Source: an uncultured Bacteroidota bacterium (GTDB taxonomy: Bacteria > Bacteroidota > Bacteroidia > Chitinophagales > Chitinophagaceae). Taken from it: a DNA stretch of 64,000 nucleotides. This document shows positions 18,270-28,073 of this stretch, in pieces. Location: positions 223,453 to 287,452 of the forward strand of contig CAWDYB010000010.1 of assembly GCA_963806425.1 (NCBI GenBank), written 5' to 3'. The translations under genes were made by a program, and so were the position numbers. The notes beneath the pieces are model-generated. The model made no database searches, was not told where the DNA came from, and saw only the letters and a list, made by a program, of their open reading frames with translations. Within the stretch, counting starts at the first letter, position 1; each line of letters starts with the position of its first letter.

Positions 18270-20126
18270 TTAATAATCAATCTCCAGGTTAAGGCGGTTT
18301 TTTAAATCCTGTAATAAAGGGTATTGCTGCGCCATGTGGTCGAACCTTTCTTTGTTATTAAGTTTTAGATGCAGGGGCAATTCTTCTTTCATGCCTTCGT
18401 CTACATGAATATTAAAGTTTATACTGCGGTTGCAAAACTGGTCTTGTATTTCATTTAAAATAACCGATTTTTCCTGCTCAATAAATTTCTGCTGGGTAAA
18501 AGCATGCACGGTTACTGAAAATAAATTTTCGTCTAAAATGCGCAAAACAGCAGAGGTAAAAGTATTGGCAGAGGAATGTTTTTTCTGCTTTCTAAGCACT
18601 TCTGCATAAGCCAGCCATTGCTCTTTAAGTTTCTCCATGTTTAATGGGATGGCTTCTTTTACTTCGGTAATATTATACTCGGCCCCATACTTATCTTTTA
18701 GTTTTTCAAGCAGGTCTTTTTTATTTCCTGCTTTTATGCAGGGTGATTTGGAAACAGCTTCTGAACTACTGTTCGGTTTTAAATGTATTTCCGCTGCCGG
18801 ATCATTAATAACATTTTCTTCAAACGGTGCGGGGGATGCATCAGGTGTTTTTTTATCGGGTGGGTTAAGGTTCCGCTGAACCGTTGGTGCAATAAAAAGT
18901 TTTGTTTCTCCGGTGGGTTTTGGCACAGCGGGAAGAAATTGTACCGATGTAACCGGCCGTGGCTTTAACGCAATGCCACCCTCAACCCGTTTTTTTTTCG
19001 CAATAACCCCATTGTTATTGGTAAGCTGAATGGCCTGCTGTAAAAAGTTTAATTTAATTAAGGTTATTTCGGTATGTAAGCGCTTATTGCGCGCCATCTT
19101 ATAATTTATTTCAGCCTCATTCAAAATATTAAGAGCACCTACAAGGTAAGCAGCGTGCATATTTTCTGCCGTTTCCATGTATTTGTGCTGCATGCCTTCG
19201 ACCACTTCCAGCAAAGCTGCCGCCTTTGGTTCTTTACAAATAAGCAGGTTGCGAATAAATTCAGACAGGCCGTTCATTACTACATCGCCCTCAAATCCTT
19301 TACTGTTTATTTCGTCATACAACAACATGGCATCTGCCAGTTGCTGATGCTGCAAAAAATCCATTAACCTGAAAAAATAATCATGATCAAGAATGTTCAG
19401 GTGTTCAAGTGTATTTTTATAAGTAACAGTTCCGTTTGTAAAGCTTACGATTTTATCGAGTATGCTAAGGGCATCGCGCATACAGCCCTCGCTTTTTTGC
19501 GCTATAATTTGCAGGGCAGGTTTTTCTGCAGATATGCCTTCTTTACCCGCTATCTGTTGCAGGTGATCAATTGTGTCTGACGTGGTTATTCTCTTAAAAT
19601 CGAATATCTGGCAGCGCGATAAAATTGTGGGCAGAATTTTGTACTTCTCAGTTGTAGCCAAAATAAAAATTACGAAAGGGGGCGGTTCTTCCAGCGTTTT
19701 TAAAAACGCATTGAATGCAGAGGTAGACAGCATATGAACCTCATCTATTATGTACACCTTGTATTTACCTGACTGCGGTGCGAACCGCACTTTTTCAACA
19801 AGGTCGCGAATATCATCTACCGAATTATTGCTGGCGGCATCCAGTTCATAAATATTCAGTGAACCGCCTTCATTAAACGACTTGCACGATGGGCAAACAT
19901 TACATGCCTCGGTATCTGGCTGAAGGTTTTCGCAATTAATGGTTTTTGCCAGTATACGGGCACAGGTGGTTTTACCCACGCCTCTCGGTCCGCAAAACAA
20001 AAATGCATGCGCCAGCTGGTTATGCTGAATGGCATTTTTTAATGTGGTTGTTATATGAGACTGACCCACAACCGTATCAAAAGTTTGCGGGCGGTACTTA
20101 CGGGCAGAAACTATAAATTTATCCAT
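18270..20126 (-). CDS. dnaX: DNA polymerase III subunit gamma/tau
   Basis: 618 aa with Walker A GPRGVGKTT, Walker B IIDEVHML, zinc module CNVCPSC and sensor SRCQ. Confidence 0.95.
   Translation of the reverse strand: MDKFIVSARKYRPQTFDTVVGQSHITTTLKNAIQHNQLAHAFLFCGPRGVGKTTCARILAKTINCENLQPDTEACNVCPSCKSFNEGGSLNIYELDAASNNSVDDIRDLVEKVRFAPQSGKYKVYIIDEVHMLSTSAFNAFLKTLEEPPPFVIFILATTEKYKILPTILSRCQIFDFKRITTSDTIDHLQQIAGKEGISAEKPALQIIAQKSEGCMRDALSILDKIVSFTNGTVTYKNTLEHLNILDHDYFFRLMDFLQHQQLADAMLLYDEINSKGFEGDVVMNGLSEFIRNLLICKEPKAAALLEVVEGMQHKYMETAENMHAAYLVGALNILNEAEINYKMARNKRLHTEITLIKLNFLQQAIQLTNNNGVIAKKKRVEGGIALKPRPVTSVQFLPAVPKPTGETKLFIAPTVQRNLNPPDKKTPDASPAPFEENVINDPAAEIHLKPNSSSEAVSKSPCIKAGNKKDLLEKLKDKYGAEYNITEVKEAIPLNMEKLKEQWLAYAEVLRKQKKHSSANTFTSAVLRILDENLFSVTVHAFTQQKFIEQEKSVILNEIQDQFCNRSINFNIHVDEGMKEELPLHLKLNNKERFDHMAQQYPLLQDLKNRLNLEIDY
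18990..18998 (-). other. A9 slippery run in dnaX (candidate gamma-forming frameshift or transcriptional slippage site)
   Basis: The minus strand reads GCG AAA AAA AAA CGG GTT GAG in frame (codons 377-379). The -1 frame gives ACG GGT TGA (stop after 2 codons). The +1 frame stops after 7 codons. Confidence 0.45.
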
Positions 20127-20169
20127 AACAGGGTATGCAAGTTAAGAAACAGCACAGGTTATTTATAAT

Positions 20170-21057
20170 TTGTGGATATTTTCGCCCATGCCCCAACAGC
20201 ACCATGTAGCTTATAAAAATTCGGTTGTAAATTATCACCTATATGGTACCGGACCTAAGGTAATACTGGCTTTTCATGGGTATGGTGACAGCGGCAACCA
20301 ATTCAATATTCTTCAGCACGAAATGGGCAATGCTTATACCATAATTGCCCCCGACATGCCATTACATGGAAAAACCAAATGGAATGAGGATGACTTTGTA
20401 TTGGATGATTTGGTGTTTATTCTGAATAAAATACTTGAAGAATTACCTGGCGTACAAACAGGTGTAAAAAGAAACTGCCTTCAAATATTACCTAAGGGAA
20501 CAGAAACCGAAGATTGCGACAAATTTTCCATGCTTTCTTTTAGTATGGGTGGCAGAATTGTATTAAACCTGCTTGAAAAAATTCCCCGGCAAATTGAAAG
20601 GGTGGTTTTAGTGGCACCGGATGGATTGCATGAGAATTTCTGGTACCGGATAGGCACCCGGACCTTTGCCGGCAACAGGTTCTTCAGGTATACCATGAAG
20701 CAGCCTAATTGGTTGTTTCTGATTATGCGTATGGGTGAAAAAACAAACCTGTTGCACACCAGCTTAACAAGAATTGTTCATTATTATATGGACGATGAGC
20801 AGGAGAGAAATTTGCTCTATAAAAGATGGATGCTGTTAAGAAATTTTAGGCCACACCTCGCAACGATCAAAAAGGTTTCAGCAAAATTCCAGATTCCGGT
20901 TCGCATTTTATTTGGCAAGTATGATAAAATAATACGAAGTAAACGCGGCGACGTTTTTAGTAAATCGCCAAACGTAAAAATCAAAATCATAGATGCAGGG
21001 CATCGATTAATGCAACCGAAATACACGGGTGATATAATCAAATTTTTCTCTGAATAA
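20170..21057 (+). CDS. alpha/beta hydrolase
   Basis: 295 aa with an HG oxyanion motif (AFHGYGDS) and a nucleophile elbow (FSMGG). The start may be ATG 20188. Confidence 0.75.
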   Translation: MWIFSPMPQQHHVAYKNSVVNYHLYGTGPKVILAFHGYGDSGNQFNILQHEMGNAYTIIAPDMPLHGKTKWNEDDFVLDDLVFILNKILEELPGVQTGVKRNCLQILPKGTETEDCDKFSMLSFSMGGRIVLNLLEKIPRQIERVVLVAPDGLHENFWYRIGTRTFAGNRFFRYTMKQPNWLFLIMRMGEKTNLLHTSLTRIVHYYMDDEQERNLLYKRWMLLRNFRPHLATIKKVSAKFQIPVRILFGKYDKIIRSKRGDVFSKSPNVKIKIIDAGHRLMQPKYTGDIIKFFSE

Positions 21058-21069
21058 TATTTTCTTTCT

Positions 21070-22224
21070 TTGTTTAATATGGTAATAGCATTAACAATTA
21101 TTACAGGATTATTTCTGCTTGCCTACTGCATTCTCATTGTAAGCTATTTTAATTTTTTTAAACGCCTTTCCCCATTTAAACCACAATCTTTGTTATCACC
21201 CACCACAGGGTTTAGTATAATTATTCCTGCCCGTAACGAGGAAGATAATATTGAGGCGTGTATTCAATCAATTCTCGCAAATAATTACCCGCCCTTATTA
21301 TTTGAAATAATTGTTGCTGATGATTTTTCTACAGACAACACTGCCGGGGTCGTTAAAAATTTACAACAGTTGTATCCAAATATTGTGTTGATACAGTTAA
21401 GCGAACTGGTTACAGACAAATTGAATTCATATAAGAAAAAAGCAATTGAACTTGCGATAGCCCGGTCTTCAAAAGAATGGATCTTAACAACAGATGCAGA
21501 TTGCATTGTTCCTGCAAACTGGCTTAAATTGTTTGATGGGTATATTCAAACATACAAGCCTGTATTCATTGCTGCACCCGTTTTTTTTAAGCGAAAGAAT
21601 TCGTTCATTTCGATCTTTCAGTCACTCGATTTTATGAGCCTGCAGGGCATAACTGCCGCTTCTGTTTCAGCAGGTTTTCACAGCATGTGCAATGGTGCAA
21701 ACCTGGGCTACAAAAAAAGTGTATTTTATGAAGCAGGGGGGTTTAAAGGTGTTGACCAGTTAGCCAGTGGCGATGATATGTTGCTAATGCACAAAATACA
21801 ATTATTGCATCCCAAAAAGATAGGTTATCTTTTTAATCCCGATTCAATTGTGATTACCGACCCGATGCCCGATATTAAAAGTTTTATTAACCAGCGCATT
21901 CGTTGGGCCAGCAAAAGCACCAGTTATACTGATAAAAGAATTTTCTCTGTTTTGTTATTGGTTTACATTACCAACTTGTTGCTTCTCATATTTTTTATAG
22001 CAGGCATATTTTATTATCAATTATTATTCATTTCCTTTTTATTTATTGGAATAAAAACAATATCCGAACTTGTATTTCTATACCCTGTGTCAAAATTTTA
22101 TAATCAGGAAAAAATGCTTTGGTGGTTTCCTGTTATGCAACCCTTTCATATTTTTTATACAGTTGTCTCCGGATTCTTAGGGAAATTTGGAAAGTACCAG
22201 TGGAAAGGAAGAACGGTTAAATAA
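21070..22224 (+). CDS. family 2 glycosyltransferase with membrane-spanning C-terminus
   Basis: 384 aa with IIIPARNEE, ADDFSTDNT, TDADC (DxD) and a QRIRWA motif. Confidence 0.85.
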   Translation: MFNMVIALTIITGLFLLAYCILIVSYFNFFKRLSPFKPQSLLSPTTGFSIIIPARNEEDNIEACIQSILANNYPPLLFEIIVADDFSTDNTAGVVKNLQQLYPNIVLIQLSELVTDKLNSYKKKAIELAIARSSKEWILTTDADCIVPANWLKLFDGYIQTYKPVFIAAPVFFKRKNSFISIFQSLDFMSLQGITAASVSAGFHSMCNGANLGYKKSVFYEAGGFKGVDQLASGDDMLLMHKIQLLHPKKIGYLFNPDSIVITDPMPDIKSFINQRIRWASKSTSYTDKRIFSVLLLVYITNLLLLIFFIAGIFYYQLLFISFLFIGIKTISELVFLYPVSKFYNQEKMLWWFPVMQPFHIFYTVVSGFLGKFGKYQWKGRTVK

Positions 22225-22332
22225 TTTTGTTTTCCATTTTTTTTCAGGGATAGATTTTAAATGATTTAATGAAGCAAAATTGAATAATGCAATCCAGAAT
22301 TTCTTTCGTTTTTTACTTGTCCAAAAAAATAC

Positions 22333-22535
22333 CCCGGAAACGATGTACAGCCCGTTTCCGGGTGGTTCTCTATTGGGCTGTAGTGCATAGTGGTGAAGGG
22401 CTAAAATAAAGATGCTGAAACAATTACAGCATAACGAAAGTTTTTTACTCATCAATAGAAATTTTCCTGCTGAGACTAAAGTATTACAAAAGCCCAATCA
22501 GGGCGAAGGAAGAAACGGGCTGTACATCGTTTCTT
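22333..22535. repeat. palindromic intergenic element with perfect 22-bp terminal inverted repeats
   Basis: gaaacgatgtacagcccgtttc (22337-22358) is the exact reverse complement of gaaacgggctgtacatcgtttc (22512-22533). A second inner pair is attgggct (22372-22379) and agcccaat (22491-22498). Each arm is also a local hairpin with an outward-facing T-run. Confidence 0.8.
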
Positions 22536-22802
22536 TGTTGATTTTTCTTTGGTTCGTTTCTTTTGTACCTAGACAAATGAAATGAACAAGCTCCAAGTTT
22601 TAACGCTGTTTTCAATGCAAAAATTTAGAATTCTATGTTCTTTTTTATTTCGGGGATAAAATTTTTGAAAGGTCTCAATGAATCGTAGTTCGCCATTCAA
22701 AAATTCATAATCTTCATCGGCAATGCTGCGAATTTATATCAGAACAAAAGAAATGAAACATTCCCTCAATTAATCTTATAAACCTATTTAGTAATCTAAA
22801 TA

Positions 22803-23915
22803 TTACTCATACACAACACGCATGCATTTGCGCAGGTAATTTTCTGAAACCTGTGCGCCAATACCGGGGGTTTCGGGAAGTTTCAGGGTAAAATGATCTT
22901 TAACTATAACCCCATTTTCTACAGCGTTAACCAGGTGGTTTAAATTATAGTCCATATCGTGAAAAATTATATTGTCATGCGCACATGCAAAATGTGCATT
23001 GGCAGTAAGTGCCAGTGCAGATTCATCCATACCGCCCAGCATGCATTGCATATTATTTTCAGCGCATAACCTGGCTATGGCTGTTGCCTCCAATATGCCA
23101 CCGCTTTTAGCGAGTTTTATATTGATATAATCACAGGCCTTTTGAGCTATAAGATATGCTGCATCATGGGCTGTAAAACAAGCTTCATCAGCCATAATTT
23201 TTATGTTGCTATGTTGTTTAATACTTTTGAGTCCTGCTATATTTGATTTGTGATTTGGCTGTTCACAGAATTGTATGTTTAATGCTTCAAGTGACTTTAG
23301 TACAGTGATTGCATTTTCCACGCTCCATCCCTGGTTGGCATCAAGCCTGAGTGGAATGTCGCAACCGATAGCGTCTCTTATTCCCCTGATTATTTCAATG
23401 TCATGCGAAGCATTGTTGTTTTTGCCCACTTTTACTTTTATAGCAATGGGATTTTTTGCAGCAAGCAGTTTAGCACCTTCTGCCATGCGTTCGGGCGATT
23501 GTATATAAATGGTTTCATCAGAAATGATTTCTTTTTTGCTTCCGCCTAAATATGCATACAGCGGCAAACCGGCAAATTGCGAAGCCACATCATACAAGGC
23601 CATATCAAAAGCACTTTTGCATGTATAATTAAATGGTGCAAATGCCTGTAAGGTTTTCATTCTTTCTTCAATTTCCAGTGCATCCTTACCCAATAAAAAT
23701 TCAGAAAAATATTTTGCGATTGCCATGCATGTACTTTGGGTTTCGCCAACGATCATGGGGAAAGGAGCGCCTTCACCCCAGCCCGTTAATCCTTCTTTTG
23801 TATGAATGCGCACTAAAAAATTTTCAGCAGCCTCAATGGTGCCCAGAGAAATGCTTGTGGGTTTTGCAGGAATGGTGTAAGCAAACACTTCTATTCTTTT
23901 TATAATTGCCGGCAT
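22803..23915 (-). CDS. dipeptide epimerase (enolase superfamily, L-Ala-D/L-Glu epimerase-like)
   Basis: 370 aa with AIKVKVG, LRLDANQGW, FCEQP and IMADE metal/catalytic motifs. Confidence 0.85.
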   Translation of the reverse strand: MPAIIKRIEVFAYTIPAKPTSISLGTIEAAENFLVRIHTKEGLTGWGEGAPFPMIVGETQSTCMAIAKYFSEFLLGKDALEIEERMKTLQAFAPFNYTCKSAFDMALYDVASQFAGLPLYAYLGGSKKEIISDETIYIQSPERMAEGAKLLAAKNPIAIKVKVGKNNNASHDIEIIRGIRDAIGCDIPLRLDANQGWSVENAITVLKSLEALNIQFCEQPNHKSNIAGLKSIKQHSNIKIMADEACFTAHDAAYLIAQKACDYINIKLAKSGGILEATAIARLCAENNMQCMLGGMDESALALTANAHFACAHDNIIFHDMDYNLNHLVNAVENGVIVKDHFTLKLPETPGIGAQVSENYLRKCMRVVYE

Positions 23916-24154
23916 TAAGCGCTTTTAGGTTTTCTAAATAATGCAATAAGAGATACAATCGTCCAAACAGCTTCTAATATAATAAACGGGTAATATTTTA
24001 TAAGCCATGAAGCATAGCAGGCAAGGGAAGCACCGGCCACATTAAGGGCAAAATATAATTTACCGTTATTGTTAATAAGTTTAAATGTTGCAGCGAAATA
24101 AGCAACCAGAATTAACCCCACACCAATGGTCCCTATTAAATCGTTTGTATGCAT
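23915..24154 (-). CDS. small 3-TM membrane protein
   Basis: 79 aa with three hydrophobic helices. Its stop overlaps the epimerase ATG (TAATG), which suggests translational coupling. Confidence 0.5.
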   Translation of the reverse strand: MHTNDLIGTIGVGLILVAYFAATFKLINNNGKLYFALNVAGASLACYASWLIKYYPFIILEAVWTIVSLIALFRKPKSA

Positions 24155-24360
24155 ATATAGTTTTAAAATTAGTTTATTGATTTAAAATGCAATCAACAAT
24201 TCATGCACAAGGGTGCACATAGTTTAAATACTTTTACACAAACAAATGGTATGGCAGATCTTTCTTCTTCACTCGCGCTATTGAGGAATTATTTTAATTC
24301 CGGAACACCTGGCCTTATGCTTTTCGTAAGAAGCAATTAGAAAATTTAAAGAATGCTGTT

Positions 24361-25629
24361 TTGCAGCACGAAGATCAATTATATGACGCCTTATTTACCG
24401 ACCTTAAAAAAAGCAAAGAAGAAAGCTGGGTTACTGAGATCGGTTTTTTAATTGCAGAATTAAATGATTCGCTAAAACATTTAAAAGAATGGATGAAGCA
24501 TGATAAAATGCCAACCAACCTGCTGAATTTGCCATCAAAAAGTTATGTGTATAAAGAGCCATTAGGTGTAGTGTTGATCATTGCACCGTGGAACTATCCT
24601 TTTCAATTATTGTTTACGCCGCTGGTGGGTGCAATAGCCGCAGGCAATTGCGTGGTTTTAAAACCCAGTGAGTTTGCACCGGCTACCTCTGCGGTTATGA
24701 AAATGATCATCGAAAAAACTTTTCCGCCGGAATACATTTTATTTATTGAGGGTGATGGGGCAGAAGTTGTGCCCGGTATGATGGAACATTTTACATTCGA
24801 TCATGTTTTTTATACAGGCAGCACGAGTATTGGCAAGGTGATTTATAAAATGGCAGCAGAGCGGTTGGTTCCTGTAACATTAGAATTAGGTGGAAAAAGT
24901 CCATGCGTAATTGAAGCTGATGCTAATATAAACGTAGCAGCCAGAAGAATTACTGTTGCCAAGTTTTCGAACGCCGGGCAAATGTGCGTAGCACCCGATT
25001 ATGTATTGGTGCATAACAGCATAAAGGAGAAGTTTATTCTGCAGTTAAAAAAAAGTATTGCTGCGTTTTTTTCTGAGGATGCAAGTAACAGCTATAATTA
25101 CGGTAAGATCATTAACGCAAAACAATTCGACCGCTTAATAAAATATTTATCGGAGGCCACCAATACAGTGCATGGGGGAAAGCATAACCGCGAGAGCCTT
25201 TATATTGAACCCACCATAATCGAGAATCCACTAATGGAAGATGCAATAATGAAGGAAGAGATATTCGGACCCCTATTACCTGTTATTGGGTTTGATGACC
25301 AGGCAGACGCCGTCAATACTATTCAGGGTAATATAAATCCGCTTGCATTTTATGTCTTTACTGCATCGTCTCACAAAGAAAAATTCTGGATCGGGTCCAT
25401 TCCGTTTGGTGGCGGTTGCATTAACAATGCAAGCTGGCATTTAACGAACTATAACCTGCCATTCGGGGGGCGCGGTTTCAGCGGTATAGGCGCTTATCAT
25501 GGTAAATTCTCATTCGATACATTTTCGCACAAAAAGTCTATAATGAAGACACCAACGTGGTTCGATCCCAAAATAAAATATCCTCCATTTAAGGGAAAAT
25601 TGAAACTTTTCAAAGCCATAATCAAATAA
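24361..25629 (+). CDS. aldehyde dehydrogenase (ALDH3-like), probable 5' frameshift
   Basis: ELGGKSP and the catalytic GQMCVAPDY are present. The true N-terminus (MADLSSSLALLRNYFNSG, ATG 24251) is in another frame. The main frame resumes with NTWPYAFRKKQLENLKNAV, so one base appears to be missing near 24300-24303. Confidence 0.88.
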   Translation: MQHEDQLYDALFTDLKKSKEESWVTEIGFLIAELNDSLKHLKEWMKHDKMPTNLLNLPSKSYVYKEPLGVVLIIAPWNYPFQLLFTPLVGAIAAGNCVVLKPSEFAPATSAVMKMIIEKTFPPEYILFIEGDGAEVVPGMMEHFTFDHVFYTGSTSIGKVIYKMAAERLVPVTLELGGKSPCVIEADANINVAARRITVAKFSNAGQMCVAPDYVLVHNSIKEKFILQLKKSIAAFFSEDASNSYNYGKIINAKQFDRLIKYLSEATNTVHGGKHNRESLYIEPTIIENPLMEDAIMKEEIFGPLLPVIGFDDQADAVNTIQGNINPLAFYVFTASSHKEKFWIGSIPFGGGCINNASWHLTNYNLPFGGRGFSGIGAYHGKFSFDTFSHKKSIMKTPTWFDPKIKYPPFKGKLKLFKAIIK

Positions 25630-25651
25630 ATATTTAAGAGATTTCGTTATT

Positions 25652-26249
25652 ATGGCCATGACAATTAAACAAAAGGTCTTTAGGTTAAGTTATCCCCTTA
25701 TTATGCGCCTGACAAAAACAAAGAAAACAGGCACATCCCACCAGTTCAATAAATGCGGAAAAAAGCCTTCCACCTCTTTTCATAACCTTTCTTTTAAACA
25801 AAATTGCGGAGAAGAATTACCCTTTGAAGTGTTTAGGGGAAGAAAGGTGCTTATAGTTAACACTGCAACAGATTGCGCATTCACCACGCAGTTTAAAGAG
25901 CTGGTTCAATTGCATGAAAGTTATAATTATATGCTCGATATAATTGCGTTTCCTGCAAATGATTTTAAACAACAGGAGCGCGGCAGTGATGATGAGATCG
26001 CAAATTTTTGCAAAGTAAATTTTGGTGTTTCTTTTCCCATCATGAAGAAAAGCGTGGTAAAGAAAAATGAAAATCAAAACCCCGTATACAACTGGCTTTC
26101 ACACTCCGCCAAGAATGGCTGGAACAACCAGTCACCATCATGGAATTTTTCTAAATACCTTATAAATGAGGATGGTATTTTAACAGACTATTTCGGTGCC
26201 AACTGTTAGCCCCCTAAGCCCGGAAGTTGCGGCCGCACTAAAAAAATAA
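25652..26249 (+). CDS. glutathione peroxidase family protein (Cys type), probable 3' frameshift
   Basis: Contains LIVNTATDCAFT (peroxidatic Cys), FPANDFKQQE and WNFSKYLI. The track ORF stops at 26209, but the +1 frame continues with VSPLSPEVAAALKK to 26249. Confidence 0.85.
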
Positions 26250-26297
26250 ATTCCCCCTTGTGTATTGTTTTTACTGGTAATTTGCCTGTAAAAATCA

Positions 26298-27068
26298 ATG
26301 TCTACTACCGCACTTATTACAGGTGCATCCCGCGGAATTGGTAAAGAAATAGCTATTGAATTTGCACAGCATGGTCATAATGTAATTCTCGTAGCCCGCG
26401 ATGAAATTTCTCTTCAAAAACTTGCTGCGGAAATAAATAAAAAGTATAAGGTTACCGCCACCGTGCTTGCTCGGGATCTGAGCAATATAAATGATGCAGA
26501 AAATGTTTATACGCATTTAAAAGTGCAGGGTATAAAAGTGGATTACCTGGTAAACAATGCCGGCTTTGGCGACTATGGTTTTTTTCAAAAAGAAGAGTGG
26601 AATAAGATTGAAGGAATGATCTGTTTAAACTTAACAGCATTAACCCGGTTATGTCATTTATTCGTTCAGGATATGGTTTTGGAGAAGAAGGGTAAGATAA
26701 TGAATATAGCATCAACCGCAGCTTTTTTACCCGGGCCCCTAATGGCTGTATATTTTGCTACAAAGGCTTATGTATTAAGCTTAAGCGAAGCACTTAGCAA
26801 TGAACTTGAAGGCACCGGCGTATTTGTTACCTGTCTATGCCCCGGTGCTACTGAAAGTAATTTTAAAAAAGTGGCAAAGGTTAAAAGTAGCTTTTATAAG
26901 GGCAATATTCCGTCTTCCAAAGAAGTAGCTGCTTATGGATACAAAAACATGATGAAAAATAAACGTGTTGCCATTCACGGTTTAACCAACAGGGTATTAA
27001 TCTGGGGATCCAATTTTATTCCCCGGTCTGTTATATTAAAGGTTGTTCGGTACCTGCAAACAAAATAA
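26298..27068 (+). CDS. SDR family oxidoreductase
   Basis: 256 aa with TGASRGIG, NNAG and YFATKAY (YxxxK). Confidence 0.9.
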   Translation: MSTTALITGASRGIGKEIAIEFAQHGHNVILVARDEISLQKLAAEINKKYKVTATVLARDLSNINDAENVYTHLKVQGIKVDYLVNNAGFGDYGFFQKEEWNKIEGMICLNLTALTRLCHLFVQDMVLEKKGKIMNIASTAAFLPGPLMAVYFATKAYVLSLSEALSNELEGTGVFVTCLCPGATESNFKKVAKVKSSFYKGNIPSSKEVAAYGYKNMMKNKRVAIHGLTNRVLIWGSNFIPRSVILKVVRYLQTK

Positions 27069-27074
27069 TTTCTA

Positions 27075-27383
27075 CTAGCGCACAAACCTGAATTTTGGAG
27101 TAGGTTTAGCCACCAAACTTTTGTTTTTACTTTTGCTGAATGACTGGATAAAATACATGATGGTAAACGTTGGAATAAAATCAAGTCCTGGTAATATTTC
27201 TTCAATAAAATTAAATATACCTCCAAAAATGCCTTTTTTTCCGCCAAAAGTTTTAAAGAAAATCATAGCAGAAACGGGTGCCCATATTATATCTGCCAGC
27301 TCCCCGATAAATGGTATGGAATACGTGGCATAACCAATAACATCCATTGCAATACAGAAAAGAAGAGAAGGTTGTTTTTTCAT
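27075..27383 (-). CDS. small membrane protein of unknown function
   Basis: Probable start is MKKQPSLLF at 27383, downstream of the ssb terminator. It has two to three hydrophobic helices. Confidence 0.45.
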   Translation of the reverse strand: MKKQPSLLFCIAMDVIGYATYSIPFIGELADIIWAPVSAMIFFKTFGGKKGIFGGIFNFIEEILPGLDFIPTFTIMYFIQSFSKSKNKSLVAKPTPKFRFVR

Positions 27384-27449
27384 GTTTATTTTATTGGATG
27401 TTTTTTGGTCAAACTTGAATCCAATATTTATTAATAAAATGTTTAAATA

Positions 27450-27483
27450 AAAAAACCTCCTGCACATCAAAAAAAGCAGGAGG
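27450..27483 (-). terminator. intrinsic terminator after ssb
   Basis: cctcctgc ... gcaggagg 8-bp stem followed on the minus strand by TTTTTATTT. Confidence 0.7.
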
Positions 27484-27522
27484 TAAACAAAACAAAATGA
27501 AGAACCAAAATATAAAATGCGG

Positions 27523-27876
27523 TTATATATTTTTTGCAAAGCTTTTATCGCCCAGCATCAGCACTTCATTAACCTGTACTTCTGTTACATATTTCTTTTG
27601 CCCATCTTTACCGGTATAGTTTCGGTTAACCAACTTGCCTTCAATGGCTATTTCACTGCCTTTGTTTAAGAACTTTTCCGCAATGTCGGCTACCTTGCCC
27701 CATGCAACCAGGTTATGCCATTGTGTCTCGGTTATTTTCTCTCCATTGGCATTGCGGTAAACTTCGTTAGTGGCCATGCTAAAACGGGCCATTTTTTTGC
27801 CATTCTCCGTGTTGCGTATTTCAGGTTGGTTACCTATGTTGCCGATAAGCTGAACTTTGTTTTTAAGTGCGTACAT
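27523..27876 (-). CDS. ssb: single-stranded DNA-binding protein (short form)
   Basis: 117 aa OB fold (NKVQLIGNIGNQPEIR...TQWHNLVAWGK). It has no Gly/Pro-rich linker and no acidic DDIPF-type tip. Confidence 0.85.
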   Translation of the reverse strand: MYALKNKVQLIGNIGNQPEIRNTENGKKMARFSMATNEVYRNANGEKITETQWHNLVAWGKVADIAEKFLNKGSEIAIEGKLVNRNYTGKDGQKKYVTEVQVNEVLMLGDKSFAKNI

Positions 27877-28073
27877 GATCTTTAATTTTTAAGTTTTTAA
27901 AATTTGTTATTTCAACAGGTGGCGGCGCCATGCGACCTGCAACACAAAGATGGCATAGCCATTAGCCCCTACCCGGTTTTTATTCGCTTATAGCCGTATA
28001 TAGGCGTTTGTAAACGTTTTACGCGTAATTTTTCATAGCTTTAAGTTCATCTTTTAGCTAATAATTCCAACCC

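Noticed and set aside
22177-22497. 106-aa minus-strand ORF, plus a 57-aa plus-strand ORF (about 22421-22594), running through the palindromic element
   Set aside because: Both read the same NGLYIV peptide only because they traverse the two arms of the inverted repeat. They overlap each other in the centre and have no recognisable domains. The element is better explained as non-coding.
22660-22705. 10-bp inverted repeat aatttttgaa / ttcaaaaatt
   Set aside because: It is almost pure A/T in an AT-rich spacer, so a chance match is likely and no flanking feature supports a role.
25652-26249. Possible selenocysteine recoding in the glutathione peroxidase
   Set aside because: The peroxidatic position is an ordinary Cys codon (TATDCAFT). 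The premature stop near the 3' end is explained by a one-base frameshift, not by an in-frame UGA at the active site.
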